From the sequence record OK562670.1: 32,000 bases of DNA; one strand, 5' to 3'. This stretch comes from Stenotrophomonas phage vB_SM_ytsc_ply2008005c. Under the pieces are notes generated by a model. The model ran no database searches. It worked only from the letters and a program-made list of their open reading frames with translations, and had not been told where the DNA came from. The position numbers and the translations under genes were made by a program. Positions 1 to 8,919 of the stretch are shown here, in pieces; the stretch's first letter is position 1, and each line of letters starts with the position of its first letter.

Positions 1-216
1 GCGGGGTGCTCAACAACCGAACCCCTCGTCCGAACTGAGTACATCCGGGAGCGCCCGCCCGAGGAGCTGCTGCGGGCCTGCGAGCCCCCGACGGAACGAC
101 CTGTGGCCATCACCGAGGACATCATCGACAACTGGCTGGCCGCGGACGCCGCATATCAAGAATGCGCGGCGCGTGTACTCCGTCTCAAGGGATGGTACAA
201 TAGTTCGCGGCAGTGA
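1..216 (+). CDS. Rz1-like outer-membrane spanin lipoprotein (5' truncated at window edge)
   Basis: Frame 1 is open from base 1 to TGA 214-216, reading AGCSTTEPLVRTEYIRERPPEELLRACEPPTERPVAITEDIIDNWLAADAAYQECAARVLRLKGWYNSSRQ*. It has a lipobox-like AGC|S, a Pro-rich stretch and a C-terminal helix typical of phage Rz1-type proteins. It is absent from the ORF track because its start lies outside the window. Confidence 0.72.
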   Translation, partial: AGCSTTEPLVRTEYIRERPPEELLRACEPPTERPVAITEDIIDNWLAADAAYQECAARVLRLKGWYNSSRQ

Positions 217-297
217 CTGTTGCCAAGTGCCTCCCTCGCCACCTATCATCAAGGGGTCAGCAGTGCTGGCCCCTTTGTTTTGAACTGGAGGTTCCAG

Positions 298-825
298 ATG
301 GCAGCGCCTAAGTCAGGCCCCAACGCCAAGCGCGCAGATAGCGCCAACCAAAAGCGGCTCGCCCGCCGCACGAAAGAGAACATGTCGCCGGATATGCTGG
401 AGCGGCGCGACCGCTTTGTGGATGCCCTCATCATGGGCATGCCCAAGTACCAGGCCGCCATCTACGCCGGCGTCCCGCCCCGGAGCGCGAACAAGGAGGG
501 CAGCAACCTGTTCTGTGAGCCCTACGTGCAAGAGCGCTTCCGTGAGCTGCGTGAAGCCATCGAGGAGGAGAACCTCATCACCCGCAAGGAGCTCATCCTC
601 AACGTCAAGTCCATCGCCTTCGATGATCGCGAGCAGGGCGGCGCCCGAGTCGGCGCCTCCAGCCTGCTGGCCAAGGTCATGGGCTACGAGGCCCCGACCA
701 AGATCCAGGCCGAGGTCGAGCACAAGGGTGGCGTCATGATGGTCCCGATGGCTGGCAGCGTCGACGACTGGGAAGCCCAAGCCTCCGGCGCGCAGAAGCA
801 GCTCAAAGAAGATGTCCGCTCCTAA
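298..825 (+). CDS. terS: Terminase small subunit
   Basis: Directly upstream of and overlapping terL. Basic N-terminus followed by 'FVDALIMGMPKYQAAIYAGVPPRSANKEGSNLFCEPYVQERFRELRE', a terminase_2-like HTH. Start chosen at ATG 298 because of the GGAGG SD sequence; the track start at 220 has no such support. Confidence 0.88.
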   Translation: MAAPKSGPNAKRADSANQKRLARRTKENMSPDMLERRDRFVDALIMGMPKYQAAIYAGVPPRSANKEGSNLFCEPYVQERFRELREAIEEENLITRKELILNVKSIAFDDREQGGARVGASSLLAKVMGYEAPTKIQAEVEHKGGVMMVPMAGSVDDWEAQASGAQKQLKEDVRS

Positions 826-2317
826 CGTCGTCTGGCAACCCCTGCCGGGCTCTCAGAGCCTGGCTATGGCCTGCCCATGCCATCACATCCTGTACGAGGG
901 CACCCGCGGTCCGGGCAAGACCGACGCGCAGGTCATGTTCTTCCGCAAGATGGTGGGCCGGGGCTATGGGGCGTTCTGGCGCGGGATCATCTTCGACCGC
1001 GAATACAAGAACCTGGACGACTTGATTGCCAAGTCCCAGCGCTGGTATCCGAAGTTCTTCGACGGGGCCAAGTTCCTGGCCTCCAAGAGCGACTACAAGT
1101 GGGTCTGGCCCACCGGGGAGGAGCTCCTGTTCCGCCAGATCAAGCGGATCTCTGACTACTGGAACTACCATGGTCAGGAGTTCCCGTTCATCGGCTGGAA
1201 CGAGCTGTCCAAGTACCCGACCCCGGAGCTCTACGAGGCGATGATGAGCTGCAACCGCTCCTCCTTCCTGCCCGCAGAGCATAGCCCGATCAACGCACAG
1301 ACCGGGCTGGTGGAGCCCCTGCCCCCGATCCCCCTTGTGGTCTTCAGCACGACCAACCCGTATGGCGCTGGCCACAACTGGGTCAAATCCCGCTTTATCG
1401 ACGTCGCCGAGCCGGGCCAGGTGGTCCGCAAGGAGATCGACGTCTTCAACCCGCAGACCCAGCAGCGCGAGATCATCGTCAAGACGCAGGTCCGCATCTT
1501 CGGCTCCTACAAGGAGAACCGATACCTCAGTCCGGAGTACGTGGCCGAGCTCGAATCCATCAAGGAGGAGAACAAGCGCCGGGCGTGGCTGTGGGGTGAC
1601 TGGGACATCGTGGCCGGTGGTGCCCTTGACGACCTGTGGGGCCAGCACCTCATCCTGCCGCGCTTCAAGGTTCCGAAGACCTGGCGTATTGACCGGTCCT
1701 TCGACTGGGGCTCCAGCCACCCGTTCAGTGTGGGCTGGTGGGCCGAGGCCAATGGCGAGGAGGCCACCCTGCCGGACGGCACCATCTTCTGCCCGCCGCC
1801 CGGTACCCTGATCCGTATCGCCGAGTGGTACGGCGCACAGGAGATCGGCCTGAACAAGGGCCTCCGCCTGTCCGCCAAGGAGATCGCGAAGGGTATCAAG
1901 GAGCGGGAGAAGATGCTGACGGAGCAGGGGTGGATTGAGTCCCGGGTCAAGGCGGGGCCGGCGGACAACCAGATCAGCAACGTCAACGAGAAGGATGTCG
2001 AGTCCATCAAGAAGAAGATGGCCGACGAGGGGGTGGACTGGATCGAATCGGACAAGCGCCCCGGCTCCCGCATCAATGGTCTGCAGCTGATCCGGGACCG
2101 CCTCGAGGCGTCCAAGACGAAGGAGGGGCCAGGTCTCTACTTCATGGACAACTGTCGGGCCGCCATTGCCACCTTGCCTGTTCTCCCTCGGGACGAGGAT
2201 AATGAGGACGATGTGGACTCTGAAGCCGAAGATCACGTTTATGACGATGTTCGTTACCGCGTGCTAGCCGGCAACAACCGCTTCGCGACCTCGATTAAGG
2301 TCACACTACCAACTTGA
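812..2317 (+). CDS. terL: Terminase large subunit
   Basis: Walker A-like 'YEGTRGPGKTDAQ', 'FIGWNELSKYPTPELYEAMMSCNR', and nuclease-region 'DRSFDWGSSHPFSVGWW'. Located between terS and portal. Confidence 0.95.
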   Translation: MSAPNVVWQPLPGSQSLAMACPCHHILYEGTRGPGKTDAQVMFFRKMVGRGYGAFWRGIIFDREYKNLDDLIAKSQRWYPKFFDGAKFLASKSDYKWVWPTGEELLFRQIKRISDYWNYHGQEFPFIGWNELSKYPTPELYEAMMSCNRSSFLPAEHSPINAQTGLVEPLPPIPLVVFSTTNPYGAGHNWVKSRFIDVAEPGQVVRKEIDVFNPQTQQREIIVKTQVRIFGSYKENRYLSPEYVAELESIKEENKRRAWLWGDWDIVAGGALDDLWGQHLILPRFKVPKTWRIDRSFDWGSSHPFSVGWWAEANGEEATLPDGTIFCPPPGTLIRIAEWYGAQEIGLNKGLRLSAKEIAKGIKEREKMLTEQGWIESRVKAGPADNQISNVNEKDVESIKKKMADEGVDWIESDKRPGSRINGLQLIRDRLEASKTKEGPGLYFMDNCRAAIATLPVLPRDEDNEDDVDSEAEDHVYDDVRYRVLAGNNRFATSIKVTLPT

Positions 2318-2327
2318 GGAGCTGAAG

Positions 2328-3836
2328 ATGCCGAATGTAAGCTTTGTGCGCGACGAAGTCGCCAAGATGAAGGGCCGGTGGGACCTCGTCAAGGACTGCC
2401 TGAGCGGCCAGAAGGCCGTCAAGGACGCCCGCGAGAAGTACCTGCCCAAGCCCAACCCCGCCGACCTCTCCGAGGAGAACAAGAAGCGGTACGACCAGTA
2501 TGTTGAGCGGGCGGTCTTCTACAACGTGACCCAGCGGACCCACGCGGGGCTGGTGGGCCAGGTCTTCCAGCAGGACCCGATTGCCAAGCTGCCCGCCCTG
2601 ATGGAGCCGCTCCTTATCGACACCGACGGGGCCGGCGTAGCGCTGGACCAGCAGTCGAAGAAGGCGCTAGGCGAGGTGCTCGGCTACGGCCGGTGCGGCC
2701 TGTTCGTCGACTACCCGAAGGTGGAAGGTGCCGCTAGCCGTCAGGACCTGCTGGACGGCAAGGTGCGCCCAACCATCATCCTGTACGACCCGTGGGACAT
2801 CATCAACTGGCGGACCAAGACGGTCGGCGCGAAGAAGCTCCTGTCCCTTGTGGTCATCGCCGAGTCTTACGTGGTGGAGGATGACGGCTTCGAGGCCAAG
2901 TCGGACAAGCAGTGGCGCGTCCTCCGCCTTGAAGAAGGGACCGGGGCCTACCGGGTCGAAGTCTGGCGGGAGGCGAATGGTACCCACCAGGAGTACGAGC
3001 ACTACTACCCACTGGATGCCAGCGGCAACAACCTCAAGGAGATCCCGTTCACCTTCGTCGGGGCGGTCAACAATGACCCGAACGTGGACCTCCCGCCGCT
3101 CTACGACCTGGCCACCCTCAACATCGCCCACTACCGGAACAGCGCCGACTACGAGGAGGCCTGCTACATCGTGGGGCAGCCGACCCCGTACCTCGCCGGC
3201 CTGACGAAGGACTGGGTGGAGGAGGTCCTCAAGGGCCAGGTGCACCTCGGCTCCCGAGGGGCGATCCCGCTCCCGCAGGGCGGCACCGCTGGGCTCCTGC
3301 AGGCTAACCCGAACACCATGCCGAAGGAGGCCATGGAGCTGAAGGAGCGCCAGATGGTCGCCCTCGGTGCCAAGCTGGTCGAGCAGGCGGCTGTCCAGCG
3401 GACGGCCACCGAGGCCCGGCAGGAGGAGGCCTCCGAGGTATCCATTCTGGCCACATGCGCGAAGAACGTGGCGGCGGCATACCGGACAGCCCTGACGTGG
3501 TGCGGGGTCTTCCTCGGCACCGACCAGGAGCCGGAGTTCGACCTCAACACCGACTTCGAGATCGGGCGTATGTCCGCTCAGGACCGCGCCCAGCTGATCT
3601 CCGAGTGGCAGGCCGGCGCCATCGCCTTCGAAGAGATGCGCTTCAACCTCCGCCGGGCCAACGTCGCCTATCTGGACGACGAGGAGGCGAAGGACGCCAT
3701 CGAGGAGGAGCTGGCCTCTGGCATGGGAGCCGGGGCCGCACTGGTCTATGCCCAGCAGATGCAGCAGGAGCAGGACCCGAACGCTGACCCAGACAAGGAC
3801 CCGCAGGGCAATGGCGGAAATAATCAACCTCAGTGA
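2328..3836 (+). CDS. Portal protein (DUF4055-like)
   Basis: 502 aa, follows terL. 'YVERAVFYNVTQRTHAGLVGQVFQQDP' and 'YDPWDIINWR' resemble DUF4055 phage portal proteins. Confidence 0.88.
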   Translation: MPNVSFVRDEVAKMKGRWDLVKDCLSGQKAVKDAREKYLPKPNPADLSEENKKRYDQYVERAVFYNVTQRTHAGLVGQVFQQDPIAKLPALMEPLLIDTDGAGVALDQQSKKALGEVLGYGRCGLFVDYPKVEGAASRQDLLDGKVRPTIILYDPWDIINWRTKTVGAKKLLSLVVIAESYVVEDDGFEAKSDKQWRVLRLEEGTGAYRVEVWREANGTHQEYEHYYPLDASGNNLKEIPFTFVGAVNNDPNVDLPPLYDLATLNIAHYRNSADYEEACYIVGQPTPYLAGLTKDWVEEVLKGQVHLGSRGAIPLPQGGTAGLLQANPNTMPKEAMELKERQMVALGAKLVEQAAVQRTATEARQEEASEVSILATCAKNVAAAYRTALTWCGVFLGTDQEPEFDLNTDFEIGRMSAQDRAQLISEWQAGAIAFEEMRFNLRRANVAYLDDEEAKDAIEEELASGMGAGAALVYAQQMQQEQDPNADPDKDPQGNGGNNQPQ

Positions 3837-4077
3837 GCGGCGGCCCCATCTATCGGGGCCAGCCGTCTGCTCCTGCTGCCTGCATAAGTGGGTGGCGGTT
3901 GCCGAGGTGGGGACTTGGCAGTTACAATGCCCACAATGCAAGACCATGAAGGGGTTGTGGGAGCACCCATACGCACCGGAGGCGTTCTTCGAATGCAACT
4001 GCGGCTCCCATCTATTCTATATCGTATCCGACGGCTGCCGCTGCCGGGAATGTGGGGCGTACGCTAATGGCTTCTGA
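3811..4077 (+). CDS. Small zinc-ribbon/knuckle protein between portal and MuF-like gene
   Basis: 88 aa from ATG 3811. Cys pairs CSCC, CPQC, CNC, CRCREC. Overlaps the portal end and the next gene's start, as is typical of phage gene packing. Confidence 0.7.
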   Translation: MAEIINLSERRPHLSGPAVCSCCLHKWVAVAEVGTWQLQCPQCKTMKGLWEHPYAPEAFFECNCGSHLFYIVSDGCRCRECGAYANGF

Positions 4078-5131
4078 CAAGCACCTGCTGGACATCGCGA
4101 CAAGGCACCAGGTCTACCTGGAGCGCCTGAAGTCCGGCCGGGTCAAGAGCATGGGCACCGCCTTGCGTCGGCTGGAGAAGGCCATCACTGAGGTGGTCGG
4201 TGGCCTCGGCGCCACCAACATGGCGGACCTCACCAAGAAGCAGCTCAATGAGACCTTGGCCAACCTGCGCAATGCTCAGGTCAAGGTCATGCTGGAGATG
4301 CTGGACGACCTCATGCCGGCCCTCGAGGAACTGGCGGGCTATGAGGCGGAGTTCGAGGCCAAGTCCATCGAGCAGGCCGTCGCCGCGGTCAGCCTGACGG
4401 TACCTGTGGCCACTGCCGCCTACCAAGCCGCCCTCAAGCAACCCCTGTCGGCCACAGGCGAGCTCCTGGAGCCCTTCCTCAAGGACTGGACCGCCAAGGA
4501 GATCGCCGCGGTCAACAATCTGGTCCGCAAGGGGTATGCCGATGGCTGGACGAATCAACAACTGGTGCAGGCGATTCGCGGCACCAAGAAGCTCAACTAC
4601 TCCGACGGGATCGTCGCTCGTATCGGGCGCAACGCCGACGCCGTGGTCCGCACGGCTATCCAGCACGTGGCTTCGACGGCCCGCATGGAGACTTGGGCTG
4701 CGAATGCCGATGTTATCGAGGGATATCGATGGGTCTCCACTCTGGATAGCAAGACGACCCCTACCTGCCGATCTCTGGACGGCCAGGTCTTTAAGCTGGG
4801 GCGAGGCCCACGGCCCCCGGTCCATATTCGATGCCGTAGCACAACGGTGGCAGAGGTTGATCCTAAGTACGACTTTCTGGACGAGGGGGCTACCCGATCC
4901 AGCGCAAGCGGCTATGTGGATGGTGATCTTACCTATTACGAGTGGCTGAAGACCCAGCCCGAAGCCTTTCAAGATTCGGCCATCGGCCCTACCCGCGGCA
5001 AGTTGCTCCGGGATGGTGGCTTGACGGCTGAGGAGTTCGCCCGGCTTAACCTCGGGCGCAACTTCGAACCGCTGACCCTCGAGGAGATGCGGAAACTGGA
5101 GCCCACCGCATTCCAGCGGGCGGGCGTTTAA
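4067..5131 (+). CDS. MuF-like minor head / head morphogenesis protein
   Basis: C-terminal 'SKTTPTCRSLDGQVFKLGRGPRPPVHIRCRSTTV...TYYEWLKTQP...GPTRGKLLRDGGLTAEEFARL' is characteristic of the Mu gpF-like family. Start taken at ATG 4067 (MASDKH). Confidence 0.88.
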   Translation: MASDKHLLDIATRHQVYLERLKSGRVKSMGTALRRLEKAITEVVGGLGATNMADLTKKQLNETLANLRNAQVKVMLEMLDDLMPALEELAGYEAEFEAKSIEQAVAAVSLTVPVATAAYQAALKQPLSATGELLEPFLKDWTAKEIAAVNNLVRKGYADGWTNQQLVQAIRGTKKLNYSDGIVARIGRNADAVVRTAIQHVASTARMETWAANADVIEGYRWVSTLDSKTTPTCRSLDGQVFKLGRGPRPPVHIRCRSTTVAEVDPKYDFLDEGATRSSASGYVDGDLTYYEWLKTQPEAFQDSAIGPTRGKLLRDGGLTAEEFARLNLGRNFEPLTLEEMRKLEPTAFQRAGV

Positions 5132-5166
5132 CCCGGGCCAGTGGCCCATCATTAGGAGCAGTGCTC

Positions 5167-5883
5167 ATGGCTTTGAAAGCAATCCTCGAGTCCCTTGACG
5201 GACTCCCCGACGCGGTCAAGTCCGAATACAAGAAGGGCGATGACGGCAAGTTCCACCTGGACGTGGAGGGCATCGACGACCATCCGGGCGTTGGTGCGCT
5301 GAAGCGTGCGAAGGACTACGAGAAGTCCGAACGGCAGAAGGTAGCCAAGCAGCTCGGTGACCTGCAGGCCCAGCTGGATGCCCTGACCGAGGAGCGCGAT
5401 GGCATCCTCAAGGGAGCGATCCCGAAGGGTGATGTCGAGAAGCTGGAGAACAGCTACAAGGAGAAGCTGGCCAAGCGCGAGAAGGAGCTGTCTGACCAGA
5501 TCGGCGCCCTGACCGGCAACCTCCAGACCATGCTGGTCGACAACGTCGCTCAGTCCATGGCCAGCAAGATCAGCAAGGCCCCCGAGCTGATCCTGCCCCA
5601 CATCAAGGCGCGCCTCAAGGCAGAGTTCAACGAAGGCAAGGCGGTCACCCGCGTGCTGGACAAGGACGGCAACCCCTCGGCCTTTGGCATCGAGGATCTC
5701 CAAAAAGAGATGGTTGCCAATCCTGCTTTTGCGCCTATAATTATCGGAAGCAAGGCCTCCGGCAGCGGTGCTGAGGGCGGCCACGGCGGGAGCGGTGCTC
5801 CGGGTAAGATCGATTACGCGAAAGCATCTCCCAAAGAGATCGCTGCACACATCAAAGCATCCAAAGAAACTGGAGGTAGTTAA
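5167..5883 (+). CDS. Head scaffolding protein
   Basis: Charged coiled-coil protein 'MALKAILESLDGLPDAVKSEYKKGDDGKF...' immediately upstream of the major capsid gene. SD AGGAG upstream of ATG 5167. Confidence 0.85.
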   Translation: MALKAILESLDGLPDAVKSEYKKGDDGKFHLDVEGIDDHPGVGALKRAKDYEKSERQKVAKQLGDLQAQLDALTEERDGILKGAIPKGDVEKLENSYKEKLAKREKELSDQIGALTGNLQTMLVDNVAQSMASKISKAPELILPHIKARLKAEFNEGKAVTRVLDKDGNPSAFGIEDLQKEMVANPAFAPIIIGSKASGSGAEGGHGGSGAPGKIDYAKASPKEIAAHIKASKETGGS

Positions 5884-5885
5884 CC

Positions 5886-6857
5886 ATGGCACTCTCGGAT
5901 CTGGCGGTATTCTCCGAATACGCCTACTCGACCATGACCGAAATGCAGGACCAGCAGATCGGTCTTTTCAACGGCGCAACCCGCGGCGGCCTCGTGCTGC
6001 AGTCGGGCAACCATCAAGGCGACTACTCTGACGAGGCCATGTGGGCCAAGATCAGCGGTCTGGTCCGTCGCCGCAACGCCTACGGCTCCGGTGCCGTGGC
6101 CGAGAAGGTGCTGGAACACCTGACCGAGACCTCGGTCAAGGTGGCTGCCGGTACCCCGCCGGTCCGCATCGACCCGGGCATGATGAAGTGGATTCAGCGC
6201 AGCCCGGAAGAAGCCGGCGTCGTGGTGGGCAAGCAGATGGCGGAGGACTCCATCGCCGACATGCTCAACGCCGCGGTGATGTGCTACGCTGCCGCGGTGG
6301 GCCAGGTGGCCAACGTGGTCTATGACCACAGTGGTACCGGCGCCATGTCGCTGATCGCGCTGAACAAGGGCGCGGCCAAGTTCGGGGACCGTGCTGGTGC
6401 GCTGGTCGCTTGGGTCATGCACTCCAAGTCGGCCTTCGACATCTACGGCGAAGCCCTGACCAACGCCACCCGCCTGTTCGTGTTCGGTAACGTGCGCGTC
6501 ATCGAGGACGGCTTCGGTCGCCCCCTTGTGGTCACCGACAGCCCGAACCTCATCCTCCCGGATGCGGGCGGCGTTGGCGTGGACCACTACCAGGCGCTCG
6601 GTCTGACCCCCGGTGCGGTGCTGGTCTCCCAGAATGGGGACTTCACCGACAACGTGGAGACCAAGAACGGCGACGAGAACATCATCCGCACCTACCAGGC
6701 GGAATGGTCGTACAACGTCGGCATTCAGGGCTTCGCGTGGGACAAGACCAACGGTGGCAAGTCCCCGACCAACGCGGCGCTCGGTACTGCGACCAACTGG
6801 GACCGCTATGCCACGTCCGACAAGGACCTGGCCGGCGTCCTCGTCAAGGCGCAGTAA
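5886..6857 (+). CDS. Major capsid protein
   Basis: 323 aa following the scaffold. 'TETSVKVAAGTPPVRIDPGMMKWIQRSPEEAGVVVGKQMAEDSIADMLNAAV' and conserved gene order. Confidence 0.85.
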   Translation: MALSDLAVFSEYAYSTMTEMQDQQIGLFNGATRGGLVLQSGNHQGDYSDEAMWAKISGLVRRRNAYGSGAVAEKVLEHLTETSVKVAAGTPPVRIDPGMMKWIQRSPEEAGVVVGKQMAEDSIADMLNAAVMCYAAAVGQVANVVYDHSGTGAMSLIALNKGAAKFGDRAGALVAWVMHSKSAFDIYGEALTNATRLFVFGNVRVIEDGFGRPLVVTDSPNLILPDAGGVGVDHYQALGLTPGAVLVSQNGDFTDNVETKNGDENIIRTYQAEWSYNVGIQGFAWDKTNGGKSPTNAALGTATNWDRYATSDKDLAGVLVKAQ

Positions 6858-6864
6858 GCTGAAC

Positions 6865-6888
6865 GGACGGGGGCTTCGGCCCCCGTTC
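6865..6888 (+). terminator. GC-rich UUCG-tetraloop hairpin after the major capsid gene (candidate terminator/attenuator or mRNA stabiliser)
   Basis: ACGGGGGC-TTCG-GCCCCCGT (6867-6874 pairs with 6879-6886), extendable by a G-U and a G-C pair, followed by TTCCTCT. The trailing U-tract is weak. Confidence 0.6.
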
Positions 6889-6912
6889 CTCTAATCCACC
6901 AGGAGAACGAAC

Positions 6913-7239
6913 ATGTCGAAGAAAGTGATCCTGTTCTTCATCGCCGGGATGGTTCCCACCGATGCTGAACGCGAAGCTGCTGAGAAGCTGGGGACCGCCC
7001 GCTTCCGGAACGCCCGTCTGGCCAAGAACGACACCGTCGAGAAGTGCGACGAAGTCGCTGGGCTGGTCCCGGAAATCTACAAGAACGTGAAGGGCATCAA
7101 GGTCCTGGACGTGAAGGCGGAAGAGCCGAAGAAGGACGCCGCCCCCGCGGCCCCGGTGGCACCCTCGCCACAGGCCCCGGCCGCCCCGGCCCAACCCAAG
7201 CCCGCGGCCCCGGCCCCGGCCCCCGCCACGAAGAAGTAA
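6913..7239 (+). CDS. Small protein with Pro/Ala-rich C-terminus, virion-associated by position
   Basis: 108 aa, SD GGAG, C-terminal low complexity 'PAAPVAPSPQAPAAPAQPKPAAPAPAPATKK'. Confidence 0.65.
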   Translation: MSKKVILFFIAGMVPTDAEREAAEKLGTARFRNARLAKNDTVEKCDEVAGLVPEIYKNVKGIKVLDVKAEEPKKDAAPAAPVAPSPQAPAAPAQPKPAAPAPAPATKK

Positions 7240-7250
7240 GGTAGCCCACC

Positions 7251-7751
7251 ATGGCCCTGACTATCGAGGACGGCTCCGGGGTAGCCGGGGCCAACAGCTA
7301 CATCGATGTGGCGGCAGCCCGCACCTATGCGGTCGCACGGGGTCTTACCCTGCCGGCCGCGGACGGTGATGTCGAAGCCCTGCTTATCAAGTCGATGGAT
7401 TTCATTGAAGCCTATCGAGGGGACTTCCAAGGCCTCAAGACCGCTGCAACTAATTCCCTGCAGTGGCCCCGCACCGGGGTCACCCTCGACGGCTACCCGC
7501 TGGCCGAGGATGCCATCCCGCAGGTCCTCAAGGATGCACAGGCCCAGCTGGCCGTTGATGCCCAGAACGCTGACCTGATGCCCACCGGTGCCGGCCGCGA
7601 GGTCGTCATGGAACGGGTGGATGTGGTCCAGGTCCAGTATGCGGAATCTGGCAACACCAATCCGCAGCCGATCTTCACCAAGGCGGAAGCCCTGCTGAAG
7701 CCCCTCTTCAAGAGCGGCCTCTTCGGCAGCCTGCGGAGCCTCCGGGTATGA
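7251..7751 (+). CDS. Head-tail connector / DnaT-like family protein
   Basis: 'MALTIEDGSGVAGANSYIDVAAARTYAVARG...EALLIKSMDFIEAY...LQWPRTGV' resembles the phage 'putative DnaT-like ssDNA-binding' connector family found at this position. Confidence 0.75.
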   Translation: MALTIEDGSGVAGANSYIDVAAARTYAVARGLTLPAADGDVEALLIKSMDFIEAYRGDFQGLKTAATNSLQWPRTGVTLDGYPLAEDAIPQVLKDAQAQLAVDAQNADLMPTGAGREVVMERVDVVQVQYAESGNTNPQPIFTKAEALLKPLFKSGLFGSLRSLRV

Positions 7752-8104
7752 CCTTCTACAGCGGCTTGGCGGCCACCGCCACCAAACTGCTGACCGACAA
7801 GGGCCAGCAGATGATCATCCGGCGCAAGGGCGTTACGTCCAGCGACCCGGCTGCTGGCACCGTGACCGAGCTGCCCCCTGTGGACTACGACGTCAACGGG
7901 GTGCTGGTCGGCTACAAGGATACCCTCGCGGCCACCGACCTGATCCAGCGCGGTGACCGCAAGGCCCTGATTGAGGCCGGGGTGGTAACCCCGACGAAGG
8001 AAGACCAACTCATCGCCGACGGTCGGGCCTGGACGATCATAGACGTAGAGGCGGTCAGCCCAGCCGGCACCCCGGTCCTCTTCAAGCTGCAGGTGCGGTC
8101 ATGA
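7748..8104 (+). CDS. Head closure / head-tail joining protein candidate
   Basis: 118 aa with ATGA overlap to the previous gene; conserved position between connector and gp10-like genes. Confidence 0.6.
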   Translation: MTFYSGLAATATKLLTDKGQQMIIRRKGVTSSDPAAGTVTELPPVDYDVNGVLVGYKDTLAATDLIQRGDRKALIEAGVVTPTKEDQLIADGRAWTIIDVEAVSPAGTPVLFKLQVRS

Positions 8105-8499
8105 GCTTCTCAGCCGACCTGCGCCGCTTCAACCGGAAGACCAAGGACAGCTTGGACCGCACCCGGCGCATCGTCATCATCAAGCTGTTCTCCGCGGTCA
8201 TCAAGGACACCCCGGTCCTATCCGGGCGCCTCCGCGGGAACTGGCAGACCACCATCAATTCCCCGGCTACCGGCGTCATCGGTATCCGGGACGAAGCCGC
8301 GGCCATCGCCGAGGTGCAACGCATGGCGGCTCAGAGCAAAGGCTCTGACGTCGTGATCCTCCGGAACAACCTGCCCTACGCCTACCGTATTGAGTTTGAC
8401 GGCTGGTCCAAGGTCAAGGCCCCGCAGGGCATGATGCGGCGCAACGTCGCCCGCTTCCGGCGTCTCCTCAATGAAGCCGTCAGGGAGGGCCGACTGTGA
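8101..8499 (+). CDS. HK97 gp10-like tail completion protein
   Basis: 'IKDTPVLSGRLRGNWQTTINSP...NNLPYAYRIEFDGWSKVKAPQGMMRRNVARF' matches the typical pattern 'TPV.TGRLR.NW...YA..lE.G.S.QAP.GM.R'. Confidence 0.83.
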   Translation: MSFSADLRRFNRKTKDSLDRTRRIVIIKLFSAVIKDTPVLSGRLRGNWQTTINSPATGVIGIRDEAAAIAEVQRMAAQSKGSDVVILRNNLPYAYRIEFDGWSKVKAPQGMMRRNVARFRRLLNEAVREGRL

Positions 8500-8903
8500 G
8501 CCTTGACCATGTCCAGCGCGCCATCATCGGGGCGGTGTCCACAAGCCTCGGGGTCATCCCGGCAGCCTACGAGAACGAGAAGTTCACGAAGCCATCGGAC
8601 GCCAAGTGGGCCGAGGTCTTTTTCATGCCTAACGACCCGTCGGTGGAGACCCTCGGGGCTGAGGGCCAGGACCTGACTGATGGCGTCGTGCAGATCAATT
8701 TGAACTACCCGGTCGGGACGGGCGGTGCTGCCGCAAGAACCGATTTTGAAAATATCCGTGCCTCCTTTCCAGCCGGGGCTCGGCCGGCCTATAATGGCCA
8801 GGAAGCTGTCATCCTGAGCTGCGGGCGTTCTCCCGGACGGGTGGTAGACGGCTGGTATAGGGTGAGCATCACCATCAGCTGGTACGCTCTCATTCCGCGT
8901 TAA
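8496..8903 (+). CDS. Tail terminator protein (DUF4128-like)
   Basis: GTG start 8496 overlapping the upstream stop; 135 aa; position directly before the tail tube gene. Confidence 0.65.
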   Translation: MSLDHVQRAIIGAVSTSLGVIPAAYENEKFTKPSDAKWAEVFFMPNDPSVETLGAEGQDLTDGVVQINLNYPVGTGGAAARTDFENIRASFPAGARPAYNGQEAVILSCGRSPGRVVDGWYRVSITISWYALIPR

Positions 8904-8919
8904 CCTGGAGGATACGAAA

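Noticed and set aside
194-201. Possible extended -10 (TGGTACAAT) upstream of terS
   Set aside because: Lies inside the Rz1-like coding end and has only a poor -35; not strong enough to call.
803-2236. Long - strand ORF (477 aa) opposite terL
   Set aside because: Antisense to a confidently identified terminase; GC-rich shadow ORF with low-complexity composition and no recognisable motifs.
2667-3998. Long - strand ORF (443 aa) opposite portal
   Set aside because: Shadow ORF over a confident coding gene.
5135-5147. Short inverted repeat GGGCC-AGT-GGCCC between MuF-like and scaffold genes
   Set aside because: Only 5 bp stem with a 3 nt loop and no U-tract; insufficient for a terminator call.
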